Assembly: GCA_963847625.1 (NCBI GenBank) | Contig: CAWKAR010000033.1 | Location: forward strand, 74,449-138,448 | Direction: 5' to 3' | DNA from: a candidate division FCPU426 bacterium | Lineage (GTDB): Bacteria; Oederibacteriota; Muellerivitia; Muellerivitales; Muellerivitaceae | Length of the DNA: 64,000 bases | In this document: positions 10,607 through 19,547 of the stretch, piece after piece | How positions within the stretch are numbered: position 1 is the stretch's first letter | Layout: every line of letters begins with the position of its first letter | Position numbers and translations under genes: made by a program | Notes under the pieces: generated by a model | The model's database searches: none | Told to the model about the DNA's origin: nothing | Seen by the model: only the letters and a program-made list of their open reading frames with translations

Positions 10607-10969
10607 TTACCGGATACCCGTGGCTTTCAACCATTCGTTCAAATGCTTATCGATCCCATTCAACCGTTTCACCCATCGGTCATGCAGTTCTTGTGAAAGA
10701 AGCACCTTTTTCAGGCAGAGAGACATCAAGGGCACGCATTCGTGGGTGAGGGCGACCGCATCCTGGAGGAACTTTTGGGTACGCGCCGCACTTTTGGATT
10801 TCTGGGCATTGGAAACGGCCTGCGAAAGCGCGTGAACTTTGCGTTTCAATCTCTCGACAGCGGCGTTTTTCAAGGCCCAGGGCAAGTGCTGGTAGGTCTT
10901 GTTGAGCTCACTCGCCAGGTCGTCACACAAAGTGGCAAGGTTGATATTCAAAAAGTCGGATTCCGTCAC
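10607..10969 (-). CDS. hypothetical helical cytoplasmic protein (120 aa)
   Basis: ORF with codon usage like its neighbours. No recognisable motif. GTG start. Confidence 0.35.
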   Translation of the reverse strand: MTESDFLNINLATLCDDLASELNKTYQHLPWALKNAAVERLKRKVHALSQAVSNAQKSKSAARTQKFLQDAVALTHECVPLMSLCLKKVLLSQELHDRWVKRLNGIDKHLNEWLKATGIR

Positions 10970-11121
10970 CTAAAGATTATAGCCACTCGATTGCTTTTGG
11001 AATGGTGGAATTATTTTTAAACGTTGGCTACCACGTCATCCTCCCTAAAGCCATGATCAATGGTTCGCTTAGAAACTCAAAATTGATTCTTTTTTTGTGG
11101 GAAAGTTGGCAGGGGCCACCG

Positions 11122-13314
11122 TTATTGGACATGTATTTTTTTGAGTTGATTTTGTTCCAGACGATCCAGCTTTTCTAAAGTTTCCTTAGGCGGACGGAAA
11201 AATGGATCTAATCGTCCCGCTATTTCATAGGACCGCCGAGCTTCGTGGTATTTCCCCGATGCAAAAAAAAGGTTTCCTAAGAAATGGTAGTTTTCGGCAG
11301 AAGGATAACCTTTCTTTAAACCCCATTGAACAGCCGAAAGAATCCTTGATTCGGGTTGTCCGGCCGACATCAAGTTATCGACAACCACTTTCCAAAAATG
11401 GGACTCTAAAAAAAGATCGCTCTTAAAGAGTTTATGATTTTCAAAGAGCCGGTAGTTCATGTCTTCACGGAAATGCAAATTCACTGGATTTAAGCTTTCA
11501 TAAAACAAATCCTGGAGGAATAAATTGGCAATGGACCACCGCTGGAAAGTTTCAGTATTTTGATTTGTGAGGGATGTCACCATCATCCAATAACGATGAG
11601 GAGGAGCGTTTGGGTATAAAGAAGGTCCTAGCTCAAACCATTTTGATTTTGGAAACCTTTGACTTAGAAACAACACGTCAGGTGTTTCAACCAATACAGC
11701 CGCCCAACGTGCCTTTTCAAAGCCCAGGGAGGAATTTCTTTGAGCATCGAAAGGAAAGCAAGCCACCGTCAGGCTTTGCTCCTTCGGATCTTTTCCCAAG
11801 CAGGTTGTGAACTCATTCAAAACTAATCCAGGCTCGCGTGTAACTTGAATCTGCTTCAGTATTTGGTATGCGTCGTAACACTGCCGTTGTTTGGCGTATT
11901 GTTCCCATTTTTCCGGGTGGGATTTCCAAAAATTAGGATAGATCCAAGATAAATGAAAAAAATCTATTCCAAAGGAACAAAGACAGATCATTCCCAGAAA
12001 GTAGACGGTTTTTTCCCCTGGGAGTCTTATTAACAACACTTGAAAACCAAGCGCCACACAGAATAACAAGAGGGGTAATACTGGAAGAATTCGAAATATC
12101 TCAAAATTACTTGTCAAAAAACCGGGCAGAAGAAAAAGAAGGAAAGCACCCATGATCCAACGTACCCATGGATGACGCCGTTGTTGAACAAGTTCAATTA
12201 GTCCTAAAAAAAATAAGGTATCCATCAAAGGATTGAGAAAGCCTCCCCAAAGGGGCCTGTAACCGAACTCATGAATTTCTGGGTCTATTCCCCAAAAAAG
12301 GGCAGTTAAGTAGGAACCGGCGATTTGTAGGTAATGAATCAAGGAAATATTATTTTTAAAGACCCAAAGACTTTCGAGGTAAGTATTTGTTGGAAGATTT
12401 ACGTATTGGATAATCAAAGGAATCAGAAGTAAAAAAATCGGGAGAAATCCGATTAAAAAGAGAAATATCTGTTGGCCCGTTTTTTTAATTGAACGCAGGG
12501 AGCAAAGATAGGCTATGCCGATCATGAACGCGATGAGAGGCCAGTGGAGATTGATATAGAAACCAAGACCCAGGCCAAGACTCAGGCATAAACCCCTTCG
12601 AATTTTTAACTCAAAAGATCGCGCATGCAGGTAATGACCCAGAAGAAGCAGACAAAAACACTCCCAAAAGGGAATTAGAATGGGGGAAATATTAAATCGC
12701 CCAAGATAGAGGGGCCAGAAACAAAATGACCAAAATAACGCCATTAAAGTAGAGAAAGATTTCGAAAAAAAATGTCTGGAAGCCAAGTATCCCATAGTCA
12801 ATGTTCCCATTGAAATTAAAGCGGGAAAAAGCCAAAGCGAAAACAGGGAAGGAGGAATAATTTTGAAAAAAAGAGCTAATAACCAATAAAAACCTGGTGG
12901 CAAATGACTGATGCCGAAGAAAAGATTCCAATGCCATTGGTGATTCAATTGCGTGGCAAAAAAAGCAGAAGCACCTTCGTCGGTTGTGGGCCAGACCGGA
13001 AGGTCGGTAAGTTTGTAAAGCCGTACGGCCAAAGCCAGCCCGATCAGGGTGGTCCAGAACCAAAGGGGCAAGGCCGGTAAGGATTCATATGCCCAAGGAG
13101 GTTTATTCTTTGGCTCGGGAGCATGGCGGACCAGGATGGCGGCGGCCATAATGGGAAGGAAACCCAGCAGGAAAATCCAAAATTGTCCCGACAAAGGGAG
13201 GGGGGCATAAGACAATATGGCACTCAATAATCCAAGAGAAACAAAGTAGATCCATGGATTTTTAGGCAAGGCTTGAGTAAATTGGGCATGGTCGGATGAG
13301 AAATTCCAAGTCAA
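11122..13314 (-). CDS. GT-C-fold membrane glycosyltransferase with C-terminal TPR-like repeats, paralog 2
   Basis: Motif LYKLTDLPVWPTTDEG..LPPGFYWL. Multi-TM N-terminal domain. C-terminal region LGNLFFASGKYHEARRSYEIAGRLDP is TPR-like. Confidence 0.75.
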   Translation of the reverse strand: MTWNFSSDHAQFTQALPKNPWIYFVSLGLLSAILSYAPLPLSGQFWIFLLGFLPIMAAAILVRHAPEPKNKPPWAYESLPALPLWFWTTLIGLALAVRLYKLTDLPVWPTTDEGASAFFATQLNHQWHWNLFFGISHLPPGFYWLLALFFKIIPPSLFSLWLFPALISMGTLTMGYLASRHFFSKSFSTLMALFWSFCFWPLYLGRFNISPILIPFWECFCLLLLGHYLHARSFELKIRRGLCLSLGLGLGFYINLHWPLIAFMIGIAYLCSLRSIKKTGQQIFLFLIGFLPIFLLLIPLIIQYVNLPTNTYLESLWVFKNNISLIHYLQIAGSYLTALFWGIDPEIHEFGYRPLWGGFLNPLMDTLFFLGLIELVQQRRHPWVRWIMGAFLLFLLPGFLTSNFEIFRILPVLPLLLFCVALGFQVLLIRLPGEKTVYFLGMICLCSFGIDFFHLSWIYPNFWKSHPEKWEQYAKQRQCYDAYQILKQIQVTREPGLVLNEFTTCLGKDPKEQSLTVACFPFDAQRNSSLGFEKARWAAVLVETPDVLFLSQRFPKSKWFELGPSLYPNAPPHRYWMMVTSLTNQNTETFQRWSIANLFLQDLFYESLNPVNLHFREDMNYRLFENHKLFKSDLFLESHFWKVVVDNLMSAGQPESRILSAVQWGLKKGYPSAENYHFLGNLFFASGKYHEARRSYEIAGRLDPFFRPPKETLEKLDRLEQNQLKKIHVQ

Positions 13315-13566
13315 TTCATTTTCTCCCCACGGAAGAGGCTTTTCTCCAATAGGAAAATTCCAATCGAAGAAATTTTTTCGGCAAATTTTCCATATTTTTT
13401 AATCTTAACACACCTTTTCAAAGGGTCCAATTTGAATCCCAAACTTTTCATCCAGAAACCCTTTTGTGCCGGAACCAAGTTCCTTTTCCCGTCGTTTTTT
13501 TATCGCCTGACCAGTGTGGAAGATATAATTTAGAATCACTCTTGAAAATTCAGAAAGAAGTTCTCA

Positions 13567-15108
13567 TTGAATCGAGAAGAAAAAACCAAGGTCTTCGAGT
13601 ATATCGCTTTTACCATAATGGCGGTAATCATTTGCCTGGAGCGATGGCACACCTACCTGGAACCGCTCGAGCGGGACATTACGACTTACGCAGTCATTGG
13701 ACACGAACTGCTTTCAGGCAGAAAACTTTATTCGGATCTTTGGGATTGCAAACCTCCCGTCCTTTACTTTTCCTTTTCCATGGCGGAAGTCCTGGCCGGA
13801 TACGGTCCCTCCGAAATCTACCTGCTCAATATCCTAACGGGCCTTTTGACCCTGTGGGGCGTGTACCGGGCGGGCTGCCGGATCGGCGGAAGGGCAGGAG
13901 GCCTGTGGGCTTCCCTTTTTTGGTCGGTTCTTTCAGGTGACCTTTACCTTCAAGCCAACCAGCCGAATATCGAAGTTTTCCTTAACGCATGCCTCACTTG
14001 GGCTTTTGTCTTTTGGCTGGGAGTCGGCGAAAAAAAATTTGATGCGCGAAAGGGGGCGGCCGTCGGGTTTTTACTTGCTTTAGCCTCGCTTTATAAACAT
14101 GTTTTCATTTTCAGTGACATCCTGATGGGCCTGCTTTACCTGGGTTTACAATGGAAAAATCATCTTGCCAGGCGAGCCGCTTATTCCATGGTTCTTTGGA
14201 TTTTTGGGTTTTTATCCGCAACCTGGGTCCTCCTGGTGGGGTACTTCGCCCTGACCCAGCGGATAAAAGACTTCATAGGCGCTATCGTTATCTACAATTT
14301 TTTCAACAATCACTTCGGTGTTGGCCGGGTTTCCATTTTTCTAGAGTTCTTCCAACACAATCAAACCGGTATGGAATTCCCGATTTTTATCCTACCCCTT
14401 TTGTTGTTGAGCTTAGGAGGGATTTTATTCCGCGATGAAAAAAATATTCAACCTTGGCTTTTATGGTTGGTTTTTCTCATTTCCTCTGAAGCCGCCCTTT
14501 TTGCACCTGGTCTCTTCCTTCCCCATTATTACCAACTCCTGCTGCCATGGCTTGTGATCGGAGGAGGTTGGAGTTCGGCCCGATTGGGACAAGTCCTTTC
14601 TGGTCGATGGAAAAAAACTTCCCTTTTACCCGGAATTCTCGTGCTCCTTATCCTGATTTTCCATGAAGCGCCCTTTTACCAGTGGCCGGCGGTGACTTGG
14701 TCGGAAAAAAAATACGGGGACGTTTTTACACAAACGGTCGATTTGGCGAAAAGGGTCGATCAAATCCTAGAACCAGGTGAGACCTTTTATGAATGGGGGA
14801 ACGAAACGGGCCTTTATTTTCTGACAAAAAGGTCCCCTCCTTGTGGGCTTTTTTATGGTTTTCCGCTGATGATTTCCAACTTGACGGATACCTTAAGCCT
14901 CAAAACCATTGAGCAACTGGGAAAAAACAAACCCGAGCTTTTCATTTTTTACACAGGTTATCTGCCAGAAGGCTGGGGGCGGAATCCTCTAATGGTTTGG
15001 CTCCGGGAACATTACCGATTATTGCCTGGTGAAAAAAAAGGGGGGAAATTCCTTTTTCTGATGCGAAAAGGAGGGCGTTTGGAAAAAAGGCTTTCCGATA
15101 AGATCTGA
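13567..15108 (+). CDS. GT-C-like polytopic membrane protein (513 aa, no TPR); paralog of 33343..34929
   Basis: Shares the motif HTY.EP.ERDI...DLW.CKPPV near the N-terminus with the 528-aa protein. It has more than 10 TM segments. Confidence 0.6.
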   Translation: MNREEKTKVFEYIAFTIMAVIICLERWHTYLEPLERDITTYAVIGHELLSGRKLYSDLWDCKPPVLYFSFSMAEVLAGYGPSEIYLLNILTGLLTLWGVYRAGCRIGGRAGGLWASLFWSVLSGDLYLQANQPNIEVFLNACLTWAFVFWLGVGEKKFDARKGAAVGFLLALASLYKHVFIFSDILMGLLYLGLQWKNHLARRAAYSMVLWIFGFLSATWVLLVGYFALTQRIKDFIGAIVIYNFFNNHFGVGRVSIFLEFFQHNQTGMEFPIFILPLLLLSLGGILFRDEKNIQPWLLWLVFLISSEAALFAPGLFLPHYYQLLLPWLVIGGGWSSARLGQVLSGRWKKTSLLPGILVLLILIFHEAPFYQWPAVTWSEKKYGDVFTQTVDLAKRVDQILEPGETFYEWGNETGLYFLTKRSPPCGLFYGFPLMISNLTDTLSLKTIEQLGKNKPELFIFYTGYLPEGWGRNPLMVWLREHYRLLPGEKKGGKFLFLMRKGGRLEKRLSDKI

Positions 15109-15214
15109 GATCACAAGAGTCGCTGTTCCATTTAAAAGTCCCCATGGAATTCAAGCAATTTTCGAAGAAAAGAAGGCCAAGGATTAATCGAAAGGTTGGA
15201 AAGAATCCGGGATT

Positions 15215-17377
15215 TCATGGCAGAAACTTTCTGGAATCGGTTAGATCAAGAGGCGCTTTGATAGCCCGCTGGAAAGCGCGTTTGGCCCGGTGCTTGTTTC
15301 CTGCCATAAGCCAGTAAATTCCCTGCTGGTAATACAAGTGGGCGGCCGGATAACCATGTTTAGAGGCATATTCCAAAGCCGACAAACTTTCTTTTAGGGC
15401 AGATTCGTTTAAAAGGGCCTCCGGAACGGGTTGGTTGATGATTTCTGAACGCGCAGGGGTGTCGTCCACATGGAGCGCTTTTAAAAAATTCTGTTGGAAA
15501 CAAAGAAGCGATTCCATTTCACCATAGGCAGATTCCAGAAAGGGATCACCTTGAAGCCAAGGTGACGCCTGACACAAGCTTTTCCGAAGATCGTCATAAC
15601 CATGATGCGGGACAAGGTAATTAAATTGGTCCCAGAAGGGGTTTAAGGCCCGGTCCGCGGACTTCCAAAGATCCAGGGTTTCACGGAGGGCGGGGGTGAG
15701 AGGGGAGACCCATAACATCAAACCCCCGTCGGATGGGGGATGATTCTTGTTCAACCAATAAACCTTCCCCCCGGGGAACCTTTTTTCAAGGAAAGGCTGA
15801 TAATTCACGTTTGTTAAAAGTCCCACCCAAGGGGTTTCTCCCTTCCGGGCTTGTCCGTGAAGAAGGTTGAATGAATAGGTACCAAAATCGATGTAGGGCG
15901 TCCAGGGTTTGCGGACAAACCGGGTAAAGATATAACCGGGCCCTTTTTCGGATTGAAGACGTTCCAGAAGATGGTAAGTCTGAAACATTTCAGGTAGCCC
16001 TGTATCGCGATTGGCGGCATCCCGGCTTTTACTAAGGTTCACCATGTCCAGCCCAAAGGAAAGCAACAGAACCAACCCCAGGAGTCCTCTGTAAAAGGGG
16101 ATCCGGATTCTGGACAAAAGGGCGAAAAAACCCAGGACCACCGTTCCCATGAAAAAAGGGATGAGGGAAATGACGTGGAACCAGTTCGTATTGTTCGCCA
16201 GGAGGCATGGAATAAAAAGAACGGCAAAACCTAGACCCACCCACCGAACCAAAGCCTGACGCCGCCATTTCCAGAGGATCCCGGTTCCGATAAAGAAAAA
16301 AGCCCCCTCTATGGGATTCAAAAACCCGCCCCACTGGGAGTTATAAGCGAAATTAACTTTCCACCCTTCCCAGAAAAATGCCGTGAAATAATCCAGGTTC
16401 CGCCAGGGACTCCAAGGGATGATGTTTTCCGGATTAGGATGGGACCAGAAAATACTGGAGAGGTATCCTCCAAAATCCGCCTGCAAAGCGGCCAGGATCA
16501 GCGGTGCGACGGCTAGGACAGAACCCGCGAGAAACCAGGACATATTTAGGGAGCTTAAAATTCCTTTTCGAACGCCTGCCCACACCGTAAGGCCCATCAA
16601 TAGGGCAACCAAAGGCCAGCCGAAATAAGTATAAAATCCGGCGCCCACCCACAGGCCCAGAAGGAAGGGAAGGGTTTTTTGCGAGGAGGAGACACCTTTT
16701 GAAAACAATTTCGCCAGGATCCAAAAGCCGACCGATTCCCAAAAAAACATCAAAACCGCTTGGTGGGAAAATCGTCCTACAAAACAAGGCCAGAATTGAA
16801 TGCATAATAAAGCCAGGAAGGCGAAAGCGAAAGAACGGGATACTCTGGGCCGCAGGGCTTTATAGAAAAAAAATATTGAAACAGCCGAGAGAAAAGCCGG
16901 GAACCCCCAAAGGGAAACGAAGGAGACCCCGGCAACCTTGTAAACTCCCGCCAGAAGCCAGATATAAAATGGAGGCAATTGACTCCAATTGAAAAAGAAC
17001 TCCCACGTCCATTTTTCCTTAAGCCGGATCGCGCAGAGGGCGTTGTTGATTTCGTCGAGCAATGGATAGTCCAAAAAAGTCGTCAATCGATAGAACCTAG
17101 TCAGCCCTCCCAGCGCCAATACCAGAAACCAAACCCATGGGGACGGGGAGGAAAACAATTCCTTCCGGTAAGGGGGTTCTTCCAGGGGGGAAGCCTTCGG
17201 CATGGAGCTTATCCACAATCCCAGAGGCAGAAGCCAACCTAGAAAACCAATCCACAGCTTGGCTTGAAGAGGCAAGGGGACATAAGCCAATAGGCCGTTG
17301 ACCAAGGCGAAAAGCCAAAAGAAGGGCCAGGGATTTTGAAAGAGATTTTTCGACCGTGTTTTGTTATGGCTTTTCAT
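15215..17377 (-). CDS. GT-C-fold membrane glycosyltransferase with C-terminal TPR-like repeats, paralog 3 (last gene of a coupled trio)
   Basis: First-loop motif YPLLDE and C-terminal region AAHLYYQQGIYWLMAGNKHRAKRAFQRAI. The start overlaps the upstream paralog by 14 nt. Confidence 0.75.
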   Translation of the reverse strand: MKSHNKTRSKNLFQNPWPFFWLFALVNGLLAYVPLPLQAKLWIGFLGWLLPLGLWISSMPKASPLEEPPYRKELFSSPSPWVWFLVLALGGLTRFYRLTTFLDYPLLDEINNALCAIRLKEKWTWEFFFNWSQLPPFYIWLLAGVYKVAGVSFVSLWGFPAFLSAVSIFFFYKALRPRVSRSFAFAFLALLCIQFWPCFVGRFSHQAVLMFFWESVGFWILAKLFSKGVSSSQKTLPFLLGLWVGAGFYTYFGWPLVALLMGLTVWAGVRKGILSSLNMSWFLAGSVLAVAPLILAALQADFGGYLSSIFWSHPNPENIIPWSPWRNLDYFTAFFWEGWKVNFAYNSQWGGFLNPIEGAFFFIGTGILWKWRRQALVRWVGLGFAVLFIPCLLANNTNWFHVISLIPFFMGTVVLGFFALLSRIRIPFYRGLLGLVLLLSFGLDMVNLSKSRDAANRDTGLPEMFQTYHLLERLQSEKGPGYIFTRFVRKPWTPYIDFGTYSFNLLHGQARKGETPWVGLLTNVNYQPFLEKRFPGGKVYWLNKNHPPSDGGLMLWVSPLTPALRETLDLWKSADRALNPFWDQFNYLVPHHGYDDLRKSLCQASPWLQGDPFLESAYGEMESLLCFQQNFLKALHVDDTPARSEIINQPVPEALLNESALKESLSALEYASKHGYPAAHLYYQQGIYWLMAGNKHRAKRAFQRAIKAPLDLTDSRKFLP

Positions 17378-19547
17378 CGTGTTCTCCGGAAGGTGGAAGA
17401 AGTTTTTCGTATGTGGAAGCCTGTGTCAAATCCACTAAAGCTCCCCTCGCTTTTCGGAAGCATTCTTTTGCTTCCGGGATTTTCCCCTGAATCGAATAAA
17501 GGGTCCCCATTTTGAAAAAAAGATGGGCGGAGGGATAACCTTTTTGAATGGCTGTTTTTAGATAAAGAAGGGCGGCCTGATATGCTTCCGGCCCGGAGGA
17601 AGGATCACAACCGGTAATCATCTTTCGCGTAGAGAGATCGGCCATTTTCTCGAAATAATAAGTTTCCAAGAGAGGATCACTTTGGAATAAGGAATGGATT
17701 TTTCGAAGGGCCATTTCCATGGGTTCCAAGGATTGCCCCGGAACATATAAAAGGCTTTTTTCAATGAAAAGCTTCAGGGCCGCCGAAGCCTGGAACCAAC
17801 GGCGGAAGATTTTCGCCGGCAAGTCTTTACCGGGAATCACCCAAAGCATCCATCCACCCTCCGGGCTTCCTATATCCTTGGAAATCCACCAGGCTTGCCC
17901 GGTTGGAAAACTTTTTTTCAAAAAGGGAATGAGATTGGCGTTCGCCAAAAGCCCCACCCATGGGACAGGCCCGGAAGTAAGCCCCTGAGGGTTCGATAAA
18001 TTAATACGGAAATCCGCCACCGACAGGGTTTGATCCGAAAGTCCCGGCACGAAATCGCTAAATAGGTAGCCGGGCCCCTGGGTTTTGGACAACTTTTCCA
18101 ATCGAAGAAAGGCTTGATACCTGGTGTAGGATTTCCCATAGCCATTCCAATTATCCAGGGACTTCCAAACGGCGGGATAGGCGGCGAAAAGGTGAAAAAA
18201 ATCCAATCCCGCCGCGATCACCAGGATCAGGGATAAGATCAAAACATTCCGCCGTGGGCGGTCGGAAAGCAAACGCCCCAAACCCAAGACCACCAGCACC
18301 GCCAAGATGGGGAAAGCCAACACCATCCGGGAAGTCGCTCTTTCGGAGGTCAAGATACCCGGAAGCAGGAAAAACGGAAGGGAGGCTAACAACCATTGAT
18401 AAAACCGGTTCTTGAGCCGGGGTATGACTTCAATTAATCCCATGAAAAAAAGGGAACCCATCAGCGGATTCAAATAACCCCCAAAAACCGGCTGGTAGGT
18501 GTGGTATTTCAAGTCCATCCCCCAAAAAAGGGAAGTGATATAAGAAAGGGAGATGTTGATTTGTTCATTTGGATGGACAGCCGGGTTTCCGGCCGAGAGG
18601 TGGCGCAGATAAAAAACCATCTGATCCAGTCCTTCGCCGGAAATCCACAAGGCAAGAGGCAACAAGAGGCACGCGCAGGGAAGAAGGAAGGACAGGAGAA
18701 TTTTCACCCGGAGGAAGTTTTTTCCCATCCCTTTATTTGCGGCCCAGAAAATCAGGGTCGCTCCAACCGCCGCGGCCAGAACGGGCCAGTGTAAATAAGT
18801 ATAAAAACCCAAACCGGTCATGGCTCCCAGGGCCGCGGCCAAGCCGGGTTTCCGGGCGGGTTCGGTCCGTGTCAGGAACCGGGCCAACAACCCCAATGTC
18901 AGGCATTCAAAAAGGAGTACCAAGCCGGTCATGAGGGAAAAACGGCCGACATAAAGGGGCCAGAAACTGAAGCCGAAAATGAAAGCCAGGGCCACGGAAC
19001 AGGACCGGTTAAAGAAACCACGGGCCGCCCAATAGGAAACAGGAAACAACAAGGATGATATCAATGCCGGAAGAAACCAAAGACTGAAGAGGGAAACCCC
19101 GAACCATTTGAAGGTCCCGGCAAGGAGCCAAAGGTAAAGGGGAGGGGCTTGGCTGGATCCGTACAATATTTGCCAGTTCCACTGACGGGAAAGTTGGGAG
19201 GCGTAGTAACCATACATTCCTTCGTCATAAAGGGGCCAAACCGAAAGGGTGGTAAGCTTGTAAAACCGGGCGAAGAGAGCCAAGGCCGCCACGAACAGCC
19301 AAACCCAGATTGGAATCGCCGGCAGAAATTCCTTTTGGTAAAGGGGCACTTCTTTTGGGGAAGGATTAGGAAAGGCGCGGCAAGCCATCATCCAGGGAAT
19401 GAACAACCCGAGCAGGCAGATTCCCATCTTGATCCAAAACGGGAAAGGAAAATAGGAAAGAAAGGTATTTGAAATAAGGAAAATAAAAAAATAAACCCAC
19501 GGATTGGTGTTCGAAAAAATTTTGGGCGCGAATTTTATTTTTGCCAT
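17364..19547 (-). CDS. GT-C-fold membrane glycosyltransferase with C-terminal TPR-like repeats, paralog 4
   Basis: Motif FYKLTTLSVWPLYDEG. Overlaps the upstream paralog by 13 nt and the downstream one by 14 nt. TPR-like C-terminus. Confidence 0.8.
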   Translation of the reverse strand: MAKIKFAPKIFSNTNPWVYFFIFLISNTFLSYFPFPFWIKMGICLLGLFIPWMMACRAFPNPSPKEVPLYQKEFLPAIPIWVWLFVAALALFARFYKLTTLSVWPLYDEGMYGYYASQLSRQWNWQILYGSSQAPPLYLWLLAGTFKWFGVSLFSLWFLPALISSLLFPVSYWAARGFFNRSCSVALAFIFGFSFWPLYVGRFSLMTGLVLLFECLTLGLLARFLTRTEPARKPGLAAALGAMTGLGFYTYLHWPVLAAAVGATLIFWAANKGMGKNFLRVKILLSFLLPCACLLLPLALWISGEGLDQMVFYLRHLSAGNPAVHPNEQINISLSYITSLFWGMDLKYHTYQPVFGGYLNPLMGSLFFMGLIEVIPRLKNRFYQWLLASLPFFLLPGILTSERATSRMVLAFPILAVLVVLGLGRLLSDRPRRNVLILSLILVIAAGLDFFHLFAAYPAVWKSLDNWNGYGKSYTRYQAFLRLEKLSKTQGPGYLFSDFVPGLSDQTLSVADFRINLSNPQGLTSGPVPWVGLLANANLIPFLKKSFPTGQAWWISKDIGSPEGGWMLWVIPGKDLPAKIFRRWFQASAALKLFIEKSLLYVPGQSLEPMEMALRKIHSLFQSDPLLETYYFEKMADLSTRKMITGCDPSSGPEAYQAALLYLKTAIQKGYPSAHLFFKMGTLYSIQGKIPEAKECFRKARGALVDLTQASTYEKLLPPSGEHDEKP

